Assembly: GCA_030141605.1 (NCBI GenBank)
Contig: JAQGDQ010000041.1
Location: forward strand, 682,001 to 746,000
Reading direction: 5' to 3'
Source: Tubiluchus corallicola
Lineage: Eukaryota > Animalia > Priapulida
DNA: 64,000 nt
In this document: piece after piece, positions 38,301 through 50,280 of the stretch
Layout of the letters: each line of letters starts with the position of its first letter
Position numbering within the stretch: the stretch's first letter is position 1
Made by a program: the position numbers and the translations under genes
Notes under the pieces: generated by a model
The model's database searches: none
Told to the model about the DNA's origin: nothing
The model's input: the letters and a program-made list of their open reading frames with translations, nothing else

Positions 38301-40365
38301 CGTAAGAACTGGAAATAAAAAAATGTGCAAGAAAACATTAGTTTTTATCCTGCGATGTCAATATTAATTAATCCTTTACACAAATTGACGAGGTGAATAA
38401 GCTGAGTGGAAATGGCGCGGCTGGGTGCTCATAGACTGTGATGACAAGCAATTCCGGCCCTGGCAAGTTAATGAATTGATGTCTGTTAGGATAATTGGTT
38501 CTGGGGATGTTACCGGTTGAAACTATATATCTGGTTAAAGAAGATGTATACACATTTGAACACATGCCTCGGCCAGTTCAGTATTATTTCTATTTAGAGC
38601 ACTGTCCTTGATGACTAGCAATGTTCCGGTGGAGCTCGCCACATCTATCTACATTAAACAGGCCCTGCCACTCAGTGTTGGATTCTGTCTTACAGGTTGC
38701 CGAAACGTGTAGAAAACAATCAAAGCTCGTATGTTTGTCTTTTTTAAAACCCTTGTACCGCGCACTTTAACTTGCATTTTAAACAGTTCAATTCATTTTA
38801 ATCAAACCTGTACTGTAGCTAATTTAAAAAACATATTTTCGTTTCTCTTCTTTTTATGCTTTCCTTTTTTTCTGGAAAAGTAGTGACATTTTCGGTGCGC
38901 TACCGACGCGAGATAATCGCTTGATTTTCTAGAATTGTCACTGCTTATGAACTTCTCGTAATGCCGCAAATACCGTAACACTAGTCTACAAGCGTCATAA
39001 TAGTCTGTAGTACTGTGCAGGACGCACACGACGCGAAATTTGTTTTTGTCGCGTATTAATATCTGAGTCTCTGAGACAATTTTATCAAGCAAATTTTGCT
39101 CGTCTGCCGGGTCGATAAATGCTGTTGATCAATTTTGTCGCACCCACATTTGCATTAAACGTGCTTAATTTTTGTCTCAGACGAACTCCTGTTTTCCTAT
39201 GCTAAAGCGGTACAGAAATTTGTGTTAGACAAAATCAGATCAGTAATCGCTTAGTCACATGTTATCTAATAATTGTTTTTTGTGGTTACCAATGACACAA
39301 TTGCTTCAACAAAAGTTGCCATATGATTAATGTGTATTAACAATGTTTTTAAAATAAATTTCGGTGGTTACTAGCTGACCAGCCGTTTATAGCACCATCT
39401 CAGTAAATTTACTGTAATATTACATCGTTAATGATATTTGTACGACTTGTCAAATGAGACATTTAATAAAGTCTAATTCATATGCAATAGTGGCGTAAAA
39501 CATTAATACTCGGCATTGGTGTAATTATAATTATAAATATGAAACATGGTATGGGAATGCAAATAGTGCGTTACAGATACAGAATCTTGCCATAAATTAT
39601 AAATTAAAACAAAATAAAATTAACAACAAATAAATTAGCCAATTTTCAAACAACTAAAATGCTGTAATAGGATATACTGATATGTAGTATTATTTTTGTA
39701 CAGAAGGACAAGTCTGTTTTGAAACGACCGAATTAGAATTTTTATTTGCACAAAGAACTGAAAGCTATATTTTTATCCAGGTTTTATTCAATTTAGTCAA
39801 ACATACGCTCAGCTGGACTTAACTGGAAAACATTTTAGTTCTGAAAATCTACATCCTGCTACACAGTATGCCATTATTTGTTTTGTAATAAACGGTAAAG
39901 TTGTCCTTGAGCATTGAAATGCAGAACTATTATCCACTCAAGGCTGTTTCTTGCTTTCTCTCTCTACACAAAGAAATCATGAACTTGACTTTTAACCTAT
40001 TCATGCAGGCAGTGGACTCACTGTGAAATATTACTTTTGTTTAAAAATGGCTAGGTCTTGCACAAAACATAGACGCACCCAGCAACAATTTAGGTATTTG
40101 TCTAAAAAGTTTATAAAAATGTTATCATTTCATTTTTTTCTTGTATTTTGCTTTTATATTTTAATTACCGTTCCATGTTTAAATCATCAAATCTAAACAA
40201 AGAAAAGACTGTTCTGCTAAACAACCTAACATAATCGTTAAAACTCTTGAGACTAACCAGTAGATTGAATAACAAAAGAGTAACTTACTTATCAGCCGAA
40301 GTTTCACGACATGTCAAACAAACAATTGCTATCAGAAACAAGTGGAAAACGCGAATTCTTGCCAT
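11388..40365 (-). CDS. Thioester-containing protein (iTEP / CD109-like, alpha-2-macroglobulin family), 32 exons with a mutually exclusive exon 18; about 1,489 aa with exon A
   Basis: Exons: 40365-40289 (signal peptide [24 protein letters not shown]), 38308-38145, 37670-37579, 37012-36841 ([12 protein letters not shown]), 35722-35600, 34891-34818, 34661-34622, 34342-34258 (EEYVLPRFEV), 34037-33953, 33810-33607, 33469-33357, 32930-32810, 32565-32455, 32337-32275, 31701-31513, 30614-30465 (AVDQSVLLL), 29892-29685 (RKKR), [variable exon 18], 18644-18527 (VPDTITSW), 17059-16853 ([16 protein letters not shown]), 16713-16585, 16459-16144 (PTGCGEQNM), 15937-15856 (DGSFSAFG), 15231-15072 (WLTAFV...VIHKEMQ), 14858-14778, 14623-14434, 13933-13728 (GGFSSTQ), 13412-13263, 13142-12970, 12778-12616, 12349-12244, 11476-11388 (stop). 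All junctions are GT-AG and in phase; total 4470 nt. Confidence 0.95.
16250..16264 (-). other. Thioester motif GCGEQ codons
   Basis: GGA TGT GGT GAA CAG within [17 protein letters not shown]. Confidence 0.97.
17335..18010 (+). mobile_element. LTR-like / retroelement remnant with a duplicated 5' end
   Basis: 29-nt direct repeat agtgttacgaa(g/a)gcgaaatgccctttatt at 17335-17363 and 17859-17887 (28/29 identical, TGTTAC start). The interior is GC-rich and the element sits next to a (TA)n tract. Confidence 0.45.
19081..19126 (-). promoter_or_regulatory. Putative intronic docking site for RNA-pairing-controlled exon choice
   Basis: Transcript sequence AUUUGCGGUGCUUUAGUUAAGCUGUUAAGUUCAUCUGUGUUCUAUU is complementary to short elements downstream of exons A (28967-28977), B (26341-26359), C (23748-23782), D (22925-22939) and E (21984-22007). 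Confidence 0.6.
19456..19684 (-). CDS. TEP variable exon 18H, intact, last in the array (not in the ORF track)
   Basis: tttccag acceptor, GG|GTAGTT donor; 229 nt, phase 1 to 2. [77 protein letters not shown]. Confidence 0.92.
19798..20019 (-). CDS. TEP variable exon 18G, open frame but anomalous phase-1 donor (borderline or decaying)
   Basis: [75 protein letters not shown]|GTAATT; 222 nt. It has one G fewer at the donor than its siblings and a weak acceptor with a small local duplication. Confidence 0.55.
20212..20393 (-). pseudogene. Pseudo-exon relic between F and G
   Basis: Minus-strand GTG ACA GCA AAG CAA ACT CGA AAC CGC TCT CCC AAA ATC reads [13 protein letters not shown], compared with [13 protein letters not shown] in exon H. 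It is flanked by a gcag acceptor and a GTG donor-like site, and is frameshifted. Confidence 0.55.
20548..20780 (-). pseudogene. Pseudo-exon 18F
   Basis: The 3' part reads [31 protein letters not shown]|GTAAGC with a good phase-2 donor. An in-frame TAA lies just upstream and the 5' part has stops and frameshifts (233 nt, wrong phase). Confidence 0.85.
21757..22236 (+). repeat. Dispersed repeat, copy 1 (homologous to 30860-31296)
   Basis: Collinear shared blocks ggaagaaaaggtaatttta, tgattatttttt, ttcaaacga.ttac.gttaaaatg and gtaagtgatacaaaattt.aagac. Confidence 0.8.
22247..22398 (-). pseudogene. Pseudo-exon 18E
   Basis: Reads ...[15 protein letters not shown], then a frameshift, then [14 protein letters not shown]|GTAGAT. 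This is a decayed LKPKxxRxxFPETWLW with TGG changed to TGA; the phase-2 donor is retained. Confidence 0.72.
23151..23361 (-). CDS. TEP variable exon 18D, intact (not in the ORF track)
   Basis: ttttgcag acceptor, GG|GTAGGT donor; 211 nt, phase 1 to 2. [71 protein letters not shown]. Confidence 0.88.
23862..24078 (-). CDS. TEP variable exon 18C, intact
   Basis: tttcag acceptor, GG|GTGAGA donor; 217 nt, phase 1 to 2. [73 protein letters not shown]. Confidence 0.93.
25070..25870 (+). mobile_element. 5'-truncated CR1-like LINE remnant inside the variable-exon array
   Basis: Disrupted RT C-terminal peptides [44 protein letters not shown] and [21 protein letters not shown]; ends in (aaat)n at 25852-25870. 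Confidence 0.85.
26479..26725 (-). CDS. TEP variable exon 18B, intact
   Basis: tttcag acceptor, GG|GTGAGA donor; 247 nt, phase 1 to 2. [83 protein letters not shown]. Confidence 0.93.
27330..27815 (+). mobile_element. LINE 3'-end remnant
   Basis: [23 protein letters not shown] resembles the C-terminal zinc-knuckle tail of LINE ORF2 and is followed by an AT-rich 3' tail. Confidence 0.5.
27932..28070 (-). pseudogene. Pseudo-exon A' (decayed paralog of exon 18A)
   Basis: Minus-strand AAAGTACGAAA-CATTTTACAGAATCTTGTCTCCG aligns with exon A AAAATACGAAAAAACTTCCCAGAATCTTGGCTGTG, reading [11 protein letters not shown] with a 1-nt deletion. No GT donor remains. Boundaries are approximate. Confidence 0.7.
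28160..28380 (+). mobile_element. L2/Rex1-type LINE fragment
   Basis: [31 protein letters not shown] is typical of the post-RT region of this LINE group; ends in (tat)n. Confidence 0.7.
29029..29257 (-). CDS. TEP variable (bait-region) exon 18A, intact
   Basis: ttcag acceptor, AG|GTGAGA donor; 229 nt, phase 1 to 2. [77 protein letters not shown]. Confidence 0.93.
30860..31296 (+). repeat. Dispersed repeat, copy 2 (homologous to 21757-22236)
   Basis: Same collinear blocks in the same orientation, in TEP intron 15. Confidence 0.8.
31840..32165. repeat. Degenerate (TCAT/TCAC/TCAG)n microsatellite-like tract
   Basis: Runs of ttca/attc/cagt tetramers in TEP intron 14. Confidence 0.6.
34992..35275. 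mobile_element. hAT-type MITE with a perfect 8-bp target-site duplication
   Basis: TSD ACTGCTAG at 34984-34991 and 35276-35283; imperfect TIRs gatgggcgtacggg / cccatacgcatatg; GC-rich interior. Confidence 0.8.
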
Positions 40366-40435
40366 ATTTATCAATTTCAGTAGTCACTAATAAAACAGCA
40401 TACAGACTTCTTAAACACAGAGTATTTTAGTGTAT

Positions 40436-40443
40436 CTTTTATA
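40436..40443 (-). promoter_or_regulatory. TATA box of the TEP gene
   Basis: TATAAAAG on the minus strand about 75 nt upstream of the ATG at 40365, with a CpG-richer patch at 40460-40600 further upstream. Confidence 0.55.
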
Positions 40444-41639
40444 CATAAAACATATATATAATACTGCGGGACTCTGCAAAGCACGAGTTGATCTTATAGC
40501 ACCAGGCCCGGATCCGATCATCCGTAACCGAACCGGAACCACAAATGTTCACGTATCTCATCGGTCGCGATGCTAGTTTCTAAGAAGCAGTCACGACGCA
40601 AATAACTTTGGTTTTACTAGCCACTAGGCAGTAAGCAATGGACTGTGCGTGCATCTTTTGAATGAGGCTAAGTCTTTTCCTACAGAACGTGCCAGGCGTC
40701 AAATGACGTTATTGACAAACAAGAATAGGATGTTAATAATAATATGTATCTCTATCCCGGTTAAACGTGAACCGAATCAAACCTGCATTTGTGGCTAGAC
40801 CAAACTTCCTGTTCTTTGCTGGTGAACTGCGAGCGATGCAGTTCATAGCTAGATTTAATAATAGCACAGTTACAACCTATTCCGTTTTAAAATACTATCA
40901 GCAAATGAACAAATTCTATTTGCTACGTTATGAATGCTATGAAATTATGCTTGATTTTGCTCTTTTAAGTGCAATTATTATATCTCTTAAAAAGACAACT
41001 TTTTAACAGAGAAAAGAAAAATTTAACTAAACTAAACTATTATGTTGGTCCTTTCAGGCAAATTTATCGTTTTACAGTCATTTTGACAATGTTTCAACAA
41101 TGGTGTTGATGTCAAGTTACATTACACAGAACGAATGCAAATTCGCCAAATCTTGTTTCAAACAAACTGAATTGATTGGTTGATTGGTCGTTCATTAACT
41201 GCATGTAGGCACAACAGTATTACGACGAAAACGCTTTTACACGAGCGCTAGTGTTGTGGATCTCAGAGTGAGAACCCCTTACGCTGATTTTTTTTATTTC
41301 ATTGTTAGGCATCGAGTTTTAATTTATATTAATTCGCAAATGCAGAGGACTAGAGTCGCGAGTAAGTAACTGGGGTGGCTGCAGGTCAAAGCACAACCGG
41401 AAAAAGAATCACCCCACACCAGTGGATGTGCTGACAGCAGCTTTAGTGAAATGCGACAGTCCAAGGGATCAAGAACCCTGGGCATCGGTCAGTTTTTCGA
41501 TTTCCTCCTACGGCTTTGAGTTAAATACATTGTTTTTAATAAGTGTTTATGTAATGTGGGTAGATGTGAATCTGGTCCTTTAATAAGGTGGGATTCTTTA
41601 ACAAACCGAAATAGGAGACAAAATGCATAAGCACTGAAT

Positions 41640-42810
41640 AACTCCAACTTACAACATTACTGCAACCTTTGATTAACCAACAAAATAAAATAGATAAGAT
41701 AATTACGTTTGCTAAATTTAGAGATCATGCCACTCCTTCTTATGCTAAACTCAGTTTACTCAAATTGTCTGACATATATAAATTAGAACATGCTAAATTT
41801 GTGTTTAAATTTGAACAACAAATGCTTCCTGGCCTATACGCAAATTGTTTTACCCCTGTTTCTAATATTCGTACACATTATACTAGGTCTGTTGCAAATC
41901 ATTTTTATTATGTCGAACGTTTTAATACTTCACTGGGTCAAAATCACTAAATACCAGGGTGTAAAACTGTGGAGCTCGTTACCGTCTCATATCACAAACT
42001 CTGTTACCCTCAGTATATTAGCCATTAGATATAAAAGAGAATTATTGTCAGCTTATGTCATCAATTAAATGTTAATCAAGTCAGTTTTATTTTGACTTGT
42101 TTCATTTCGTTTCGTAGATTTTGTTATGCTTTCTTTATTAGCCAAACTAATGCATTCTATGCATGCCAACTGTTCTACATTTTTAATTTAGCCTTGAGCT
42201 ATTTTGAATTGTTTTGAATTGCTTCACTTGACAGATTTCAATTTTGTTTCCAAAATTATTTGTTTACTGTCCAAACTGAACATAATACACATATATTGAG
42301 CGGAATTATCATTTATCATTGTCAAATGTCCTGCCTTTTTTTTTATTAAGTCTTTATTTATTTTGAGTTATGTCATGTATAGGCTTTTTGACTTTCTTTT
42401 TGTTTTGCATTGTACTAGTACATATTGCACAAATTTGAGTTTTATGCAAGCATTTACTTTTACAATCACCGTCCTCATATACAACATGCTGCTTCTCAGA
42501 TGTCATGTTATATTACCATTATTATGCTATATCATCTAATTTTGTTTTTGCTTTACTTAATCGTCCCTTATAATATGGATAACTTTTGCATTCTTTTTCT
42601 TTATTACGCTAAAGTGAACTTTGTTGAAAAAATGTCTAAAATCAGTAGTGTTATAAATGAACTCTAATCCACCCATGGTATAACCAAAAGATGTATATGT
42701 GTCTAACGGCTGCTGGACAGTACTGTGTGCATAGGAGTCAAGTCCGTCGACTTGCACAAGGAGGTCCTTGACTTGTACTGTAGCATGTGCCTAAATTAAT
42801 AAGCAAATCA
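41640..42810 (+). mobile_element. L2/Crack-like LINE 3' remnant
   Basis: QNKIDKIITFAKFRDHATPSYAKLSLLKLSDIYKLE...HYTRS...KYQGVKLWSSLP (frameshifted) is the characteristic ORF2 C-terminus; a T-rich 3' UTR follows. The right boundary is approximate. Confidence 0.75.
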
Positions 42811-44550
42811 AAACTTGTTTCTGAAATCTTTTGACTAAAATAAGAGTTAAATATGAACGAGAAACCCCAAGGAAACTTATATACAATAATGCATTTTTAT
42901 CAGCGATTCATGGCGATAGTAGGTATATAGTAGTCGGTATTTAATTGTACTTAAAAGGTAATAATGTTAGGTTACGTTACGTTTCTTTGTTATTCTTAAT
43001 ATTGGGCTAAAATCGTGACTGAGTCACTGAACTGTACTAATTATACGTAGCTCAAAGTCACGTTGATGTACGTAGTTAGTAACTAGGTCATAAAGTGCCT
43101 CAGTCTGTTGGCGACTAACTTGCAAAAGTGACTTATACACTGCAGTTATAACATTTAATGTTTTTTATTCGTAAATAGATCCGCTAATTAATACCAATTA
43201 CGCTGGTATTAATTAATAACATGAGACAAAAGTACCGACACATCACCAACTAAGATCGTCCAATTATAGGCTGAGTAGGTGTATCATGTAGTCGTCCCAG
43301 AGTAGCCGTCTACATCTGGCCGAGACTGGAACCTAAAATTCGTCCTCCATGAAGAGATAGTTTACATTGATACAAAAAATGCGCGTGTGGTAAAAAAATA
43401 AATCTATACAGACATATGTAAATGTATACAGACATTTATACCCGCGCACCAATTGTTACAGGCACCTTTTGAGCAGACGTCCTAAACAAAACGATCTTTA
43501 TGACATTTCACTTTATCTGCGGGAATGAATCACTTGGGATATTGAAAAACATTCCCAAGTGTTCTCGTCAGTTTTACGTCATTCAAATTATCCTGCTATC
43601 ACATATGGTGCTATATCGTTCAAAACAGCAAGGAGTGGGCCTAGAATAATTGTCACACGAGTAATGTAAAATAGGCTATTGTACAAAACAAGTAAGTTCT
43701 TTTAACCATAGTATGTGATCATTGTAATATGTGTAATAATATGTGGCACTATGTGCTTATTATTCCAAAAATAAATCTGTTTGGTTTTGTAGAAAAATAC
43801 TAGTTGATGAAAACATAGTTTTTACCAACTAGGATAAGTTAACACATTAAGTTTTGTGTTTTTTGTGTTTTTTAATGCAAATGCATTTTAAATAGCATTC
43901 GGTCAGCCAATACATTTTTGCTGCCCCATCGGTCAAACAGAAACCATATTTAACCATATATAGATCATTAAGCCGATTAAGACCATCAAGCCCATCCAAC
44001 ACATCGATCCTTCGATTTGTTATTGTTCCTTTGCAAACAAGTTTCCCTCCATTTGACCCTCAAAAATACAAATCATTTTTACCAGGATACTTGAATCCTT
44101 CAGTAATAACCGCACGAAGAGCAATAATGGCAAGCACGAGCGCAAGAATTATTAAATGAAAAAGAAACATCTGTGGTTCACTGAGACAACCAACTAAAGG
44201 ATTATGGGCCTATGGGAATAATCGACATAGTAATGGACTAATCAAAAAGTCTACTGGGCGGCGGTCTGAGTGATCAATTCAGTATATTTTATAGAGCGCA
44301 CCCCGTCCCCGTTTTTGCGACGTTTCTTGAAAAACGCATTTCGATCGAATTGGTCTGCGCATATATCTGGGTACAGTTGGAAAACCTGCGCGCCGCACAT
44401 TATTGTCAAAACTTAAAACCATCTGCACACAGCATTCAAGAGGAGAGAGAGAAAATAATTAAAAGTTTGGGGTAAAAGCACGTTCATGTTGTACAAGTTA
44501 AGAAAATCGCTTGGATTTGGTGCTTAGGTTAAAACTTTTGAGCAGTCACC

Positions 44551-45578
44551 ATGACATGGAACTTCACAAGGAACTCAAGCAATACGTATACGACGACAGA
44601 ATTAGACACATTTTGTCATGCGAAATTTTTTTATGTAATTATCTCTTCTCTCCTATTTTTGTTTGGCGTCATTGGAAATATCATCAACATTCGTGTGCTG
44701 TGGCACTCCAACAGACTCCGAGAACTCAGCTACAACTTCCTTCGATGGTTGGCCATTGCTGACTTCTTGGCTCTTAACTTTTGTTTCCATTTCATTCTGG
44801 CCATTAGTAGAGTGTTGCCGGGGACCATCCATCTGGCTAGGTACATTGCACATGCACTTTTTGGACTCTTCGGCTGGTTCACATTTTCCAGTAATTTTTT
44901 AATTGTGTCTTTGACGCTTGATCGCTATCTCGCCGTGTCTTATCCTATGCACGCGAAGACCTTTCGGACTTGGAAGGGCGTTACTGTTGGCATCTGGACG
45001 TGCTTTGTGTGGGCGTTCGTCATCGAACTGCCCGATTTTATCAACAGGAGAATTGAGGAAGCAACGGAACACCAAGCAAACACCACAGTCTACACATGGA
45101 CCTGGAACGATGAAGTTACCCGGACGTCCGTTTACTCGGCATACCCTTGGATAAGGTCCATTTTCGGACAAATTCTACCGGAAGTGTGCGTCATAATAAC
45201 AAATCCGTTGATCATACAAGCTCATCGCCAAGTACTGGCGAGAAGACGTCTTATGAAACTCACGGCAATCCAACGAAAAGCCGCCCTTGAAGAAAAGCGT
45301 CTCTTTACGCTCCTCATAACTGTGTCAGCGGTTTTCATTTTGTGCACAATCCCTAATACAATACTGGGCATCATTACAAGAATGGGAGATGATAGCCTTC
45401 TTGTGGACGTAAGATTCAGCACTTTTCGTATCTGGCAACTATCATATTAATGGTAAATCATGCTGTGAATTTCTATGCATACAGCCTTGCCAGTTCGGTT
45501 TTCCGGCAAAGTTTGAAAGAAGTTTTATCTCGAGATTTGCGGTGTAGCAGAAGACACGTAGAACCGCTACAGGCATGA
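44551..45578 (+). CDS. Intronless class A GPCR, FMRFamide/myosuppressin/sex-peptide-receptor-like; 1-nt frameshift before TM7 (pseudogene or assembly error)
   Basis: The 299-aa ORF has N-terminal N-glycosylation sites, TM1 GVIGNIINI, TM2 LAIADFL, TM3 LTLDRYLAV and TM6 FILCTIP. TM7/helix 8 (ILMVNHAVNFYAYSLASSVFRQSL) continues in the shifted frame from about 45435 to TGA at 45576-45578. Confidence 0.88.
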
Positions 45579-46514
45579 TTTGTGTGAACCAATGTCTTTT
45601 TATTTTTAACGTATCTAAAAGTAAAAGTATGTCTAAAGTATATAATGTTGTGTAGTTGACGTGAAAATGCAGCTTTATATCTGATCAAACACGTCGAGTA
45701 CATTGGTGTTCGACTGTACAAACTCTAAAGATGATTTTATTATAAAACTGGTAATAATTTAACCAAGCAATAATGATGCTATGAATGCATGTTCATCATT
45801 GTTCATGTCCTGCAGTGGCGACAACAGTTTATGTAGCACAATGATAATTATGGCAAACTGCGAAAAAGCAAAGCCATTATTTAATTTACAAAATAAAATG
45901 AAACAAAATAACCTATTTAAACTAGGCAGAAAATACTTTAGCATTAAGCCACATTTTACATATGGATCTAAAATAAACAAACACACAGACACAAAGACCT
46001 CCTCTGGTAGTCACAGATGTACACACATCCAGGATTAATTTTGCATATAAAGACGATATTTATTTTCGCTGAGTTCTAATAACAAAGCACTGTATTGCAC
46101 GCGGGGCAAAATAAGTCCAGATATCTACATGTACTGCAACAGGAGTTCAAGTGGACAAAGTCATTAAAATTGTGAAAAGGATATTAAATCGTTATTACAA
46201 TTCTGATGGGCTTAATAATGAAGCCGTAAAAATTTCTTAGTCCCCAAAACGGTGAAATGTTAATTTATTATTTTTCAAAGTAAGCAACTGAACAAGGAAT
46301 TTGTTATAAATCGTTGTTCTGTCTATGTATCAATTGTTTTTAGTAATTTAAATAAGTTCTTTTGATTGCGATTCCAGTACGCGCACATGTCTTCTGCATA
46401 CTGTAAATAGGATTAAATGCAGAACAGCTGTATAAATATAAATTCAGTTTTTTTGCTCATGCTTATTTGTGAAATTATCTACATAAAAAATTTCCTGAAA
46501 ACTACAACCTCCCT

Positions 46515-47411
46515 CCGTGCCGGCTCTAGGTAGTTTGACGCCCCAAGTAAGTCAACCTCTATTCAACGGTCAACCTCTTTCCCACGGTTCCCACCACACG
46601 CGAAAATTAAATGTTTCTTGTATAATGTTGTAATTAAGTACAATGTTATCTGTGTGTTAGGCTTATACGTGTATTATGTGTACTAATTTAAGTGTAGCTT
46701 GTTACTTATGCTGGGGTTGGTTTAAATTGAATTCATGACGCCATTGTATGTACTGGTCTTCAGGAGCAATTGCATTTCTGTCACTTTCGGCTAGGTTCCC
46801 CCCAACCTTTTCATTAGAAGATTTTTTGAAACCATAAACTTCTGTTTTTCACGTACACGTCGATTTCACTTGTTTCACCACAATCACAACTATGACTCTG
46901 TTTTAGTTGCAAACACTTCCTGATCGATTCTTTTTGCTGTTCAACGTCCGCCAATTTTTTTACCTTTCGTTTCCTGTATTTCTCTCATGAAGACGTCGAT
47001 TCTTGTAGTTCATCTGCCATTATTAGATAAATGCCATTGCACATGTAAGAATTTTTTTCATTAAACGATAGATCAGCACTTCCATTGGTCTGCAGCTCTG
47101 TGCATATAATAGAAACTGGGTGCAAAAAGCAGAGAGACGCGTCAGTAACGTCTGAGTGAAGTGATTTAATCTTAGGAAACCAGATAAAGTAAAAGTACAA
47201 AGTATTTTGCTGGTTGAATACACGCCTCGATGAATCAAGAAAAATAACGCAAGCAGTTCGTTTCGTTTAATTTAAGTATTGTGCACATAAGGAATTACAT
47301 GTAAGCATACATTGTGAATTATTATTACTTATGCTAGACCTAAAAATTAAAGAATAATTACTTTCAGAATTGGGCGCCCTAGGTAACTGCCTAGTGGTAG
47401 AGCCGGCTTTG
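46515..47411. mobile_element. Possible non-autonomous DNA transposon
   Basis: Inverted termini gccggctctagg...gcccc at 46519 and gggcgccctagg...tagagccggc at about 47371-47407. No TSD seen. Confidence 0.35.
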
Positions 47412-47770
47412 GGCGTCTCTCTCGACTGAAGAACGTCAAAAGATATCATCTATCAGCAGCAAATTTATTACATGAATTCTTTTCCTTTGGACATTCCCAT
47501 CATCATCTTTATACTGTTCAACGCCTTATCTACCCAATGCATGGTCATGTTTTGCGAGGAAAATTTTGATCTATAATATTTTTATTGTAAGGCTCAAGAT
47601 GATAGTCGTTCTTGTCGTAAATTCAATGTAGAGACCCCTTTTTTTCATCCGCCTGCAGCTCATGTGTGGCCGTATTCTAGGAAAACACTTAGCATAATAT
47701 ATTTTAGAAACATATAGCTTAACATTTTAAACTGCACACTCAGTCACGCGCAAAATTCAGCTTTTTTACT

Positions 47771-47908
47771 ACGTTATGGCGCGTTCAGACGTAGAGACTT
47801 CTCTCTGAGAGCAAAGTTGCAACGGTTTGGCAACTTCTCTCGCAACTTGTGAACGGCTTGGCAACTTACCTCAGAGAGAAGTCTTTACGTCTGAACGCGC
47901 CATAACGT
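47771..47908. mobile_element. Short hairpin-forming MITE (PIF/Harbinger/Tourist-like)
   Basis: 39-bp arms acgttatggcgcgttcagacgta(g/a)agacttctctctgag, 38/39 complementary, around a 60-nt loop with repeated gcaactt motifs. Confidence 0.8.
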
Positions 47909-50280
47909 GACAAGTTGATAGAGTGATTGTATTTGAAATGACGTTTATACTACAGTAAATTTAATAAGCAGATATAACTTCTGCGTTTAGATTTGATTTT
48001 AGAAACTCATTCTCCATACATTTTACACCTCTACGCATACGTGAAAATATAACAGTGAACGACACCCTTAAGCATTCTTTCCGTCAGAGACAACGTTATC
48101 TTCCCCTTTTTATTTTCTTATTGTAATCAGGACATACATGCAAATCTCTGCATTCTAGCTCATTTTCTGGATATGATGAAGTAACGCCGACTAAACTTGT
48201 CTGCCGTCAGTAGAATTGAATTTAAACAGTTTATTACTACCATTAAACTTTTGTATATTTGGCATAGTTGATTTAACATTATATTCATAATTTGTATGAG
48301 GCTGTTTTTGACAACCTTATGGCAAACATACTAATGTGTTTAATTCACTTGATTCGTAGGCCACCCAGGCCTACCACGCTCCCAAACAAAAAAGAATATT
48401 TTGGACTTGCACACTTTAGTTGATAGTTACATTTAGAAACCTTTTGTATTTCAATGAATATTCTCCGAGCTTATATAAATCGTTCATCAGGTAGAAAACG
48501 ATTACTGCGAACAAATGGCATACCTAGTCTGAATGTTGGTGTGAATATCATTATCTCATACGAAAAGCTACTCGTCAACTCGATAAATATTTGTACAGGT
48601 GATGCTTATTGTAACTATTATTATTGCGGCTGTTCGAGTGAAATAGTGTAATAATTATTGATAGTTAAATATTTACTCGCTCAGAAAGGTGCGAAATAGA
48701 CTAAGGAGAAATAAATTCACAGTTCTTGACTGTGGCCTATACCATAAGAAATCGAACTTTTTGAGGACATGTAAATCAGTATCATAAGCTTCCCATTAAT
48801 AATTAGCACAAAACTTACAAAAATTTAGTATTGCAATACAACAAACGACTTCAATAAATAGATAGAAAACTTCAAAATTTTCTGCACTGCTTTTACATAC
48901 TTTGTTAATAGAAACAGCTAGTAATCCAAGAAATTACTGCTAACTTGATTCCTGCAGCTGAGGACAATAAAAAGACAAATGCGATTTATTGACATGAATA
49001 AACAAATTTGTGCAGTACAGTACAAACCAAAAAGCACACATTAAATAAATTTGTCCATTGTAAATATACAAATGTCATTGCTACAACAAAATTTAATTTT
49101 TCTAGTAACTCTCTAGACACTGCATTACTTCCATCCAATTAAGTATTTCTATCAACAAAAACCAGTGAAAATCACACAAATATTCACAGCCAACATAAAA
49201 ATGTAACACATTTTTCAAAAACATTTAAGTAGGCCGCAACACGATAAACACGCGTTTTTACAACATATCAACGTGTACAATTCCCTTACCTGTCAGTATT
49301 TTATATTGCAGAATAGGTCCCTAAACTTCATACTGAGACTGACGTACCATATGACAGCCATTGATAATGGCGTTCAGGTAGGCACAAAGTTTTTTTCAGC
49401 AAACAGCATATAAAAATGATTATAGAATAAATGTTAAATAAAATTACATATTGTCAAGTATTGTAATAATCATACCACATATTCATTGCATACCAGTATA
49501 CTTGTCATATGGATATCAATTGGTTATACATTTGCTTTCACCTGGGAGTCAGAGGCTTACCACTTATTCAAGAAGTTGATATATGTAATGTTTTCCGTAA
49601 GGAATTTAAAGGCAAAAACACAATTCATCATCGATAATCCTTATGACATAAGTTTAGTTTGTTGTATCCAGTTAGCATTTATTAAGTGTTACAGGATTAC
49701 ATTACTTACTTACTGACAAACATTCAATTTTTAATAAAGATTAGTTATGGATAGCTGTTGCCACTACTTAAACAAAAGCAGAATAGTTTTCCATATTTTG
49801 CTCCAAGTACGGTAAAAAGTATACCTTTTAACATCTATAATAATGCTAAACTGTTTCTGATAATTAAATAATAGCAAAAAATTTAATTACTGGCCAGAAA
49901 GCACATCCAGCAAGTGATGTTCAGCTAGAAGTGAACATAATTTTGTAATATTACAAATATACCATGAATGGGTTGTGCATGTTTACAGTGTTACTGTACA
50001 AAATGGAATGTGATACAGAGAAACTGGGCAAATTTAAATTTTAAATTTTAAACTCCAAGCTTACTGTTGCTGTGTCATCACGTGATTTCAAAACAAGTGT
50101 AATGAGTTAGACCTGAACTGAGATGTTCAACACCTACTTTTGTGCAATACATTTCTTGAGATGCAGGTGCAGTGTCCATCTAACAAGCGAATGGCGAAAT
50201 GTTTGTAACAGGGTGCAAACGTGAAACTAAACTTCCTTGGTAATAATTCTTTCACGTATGTCACTCTTAAAAACCAATTT

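Noticed and set aside
44511-45422. Overlapping alternative-frame and antisense ORFs within the GPCR
   Set aside because: Expected shadow ORFs of a GC-richer coding exon.
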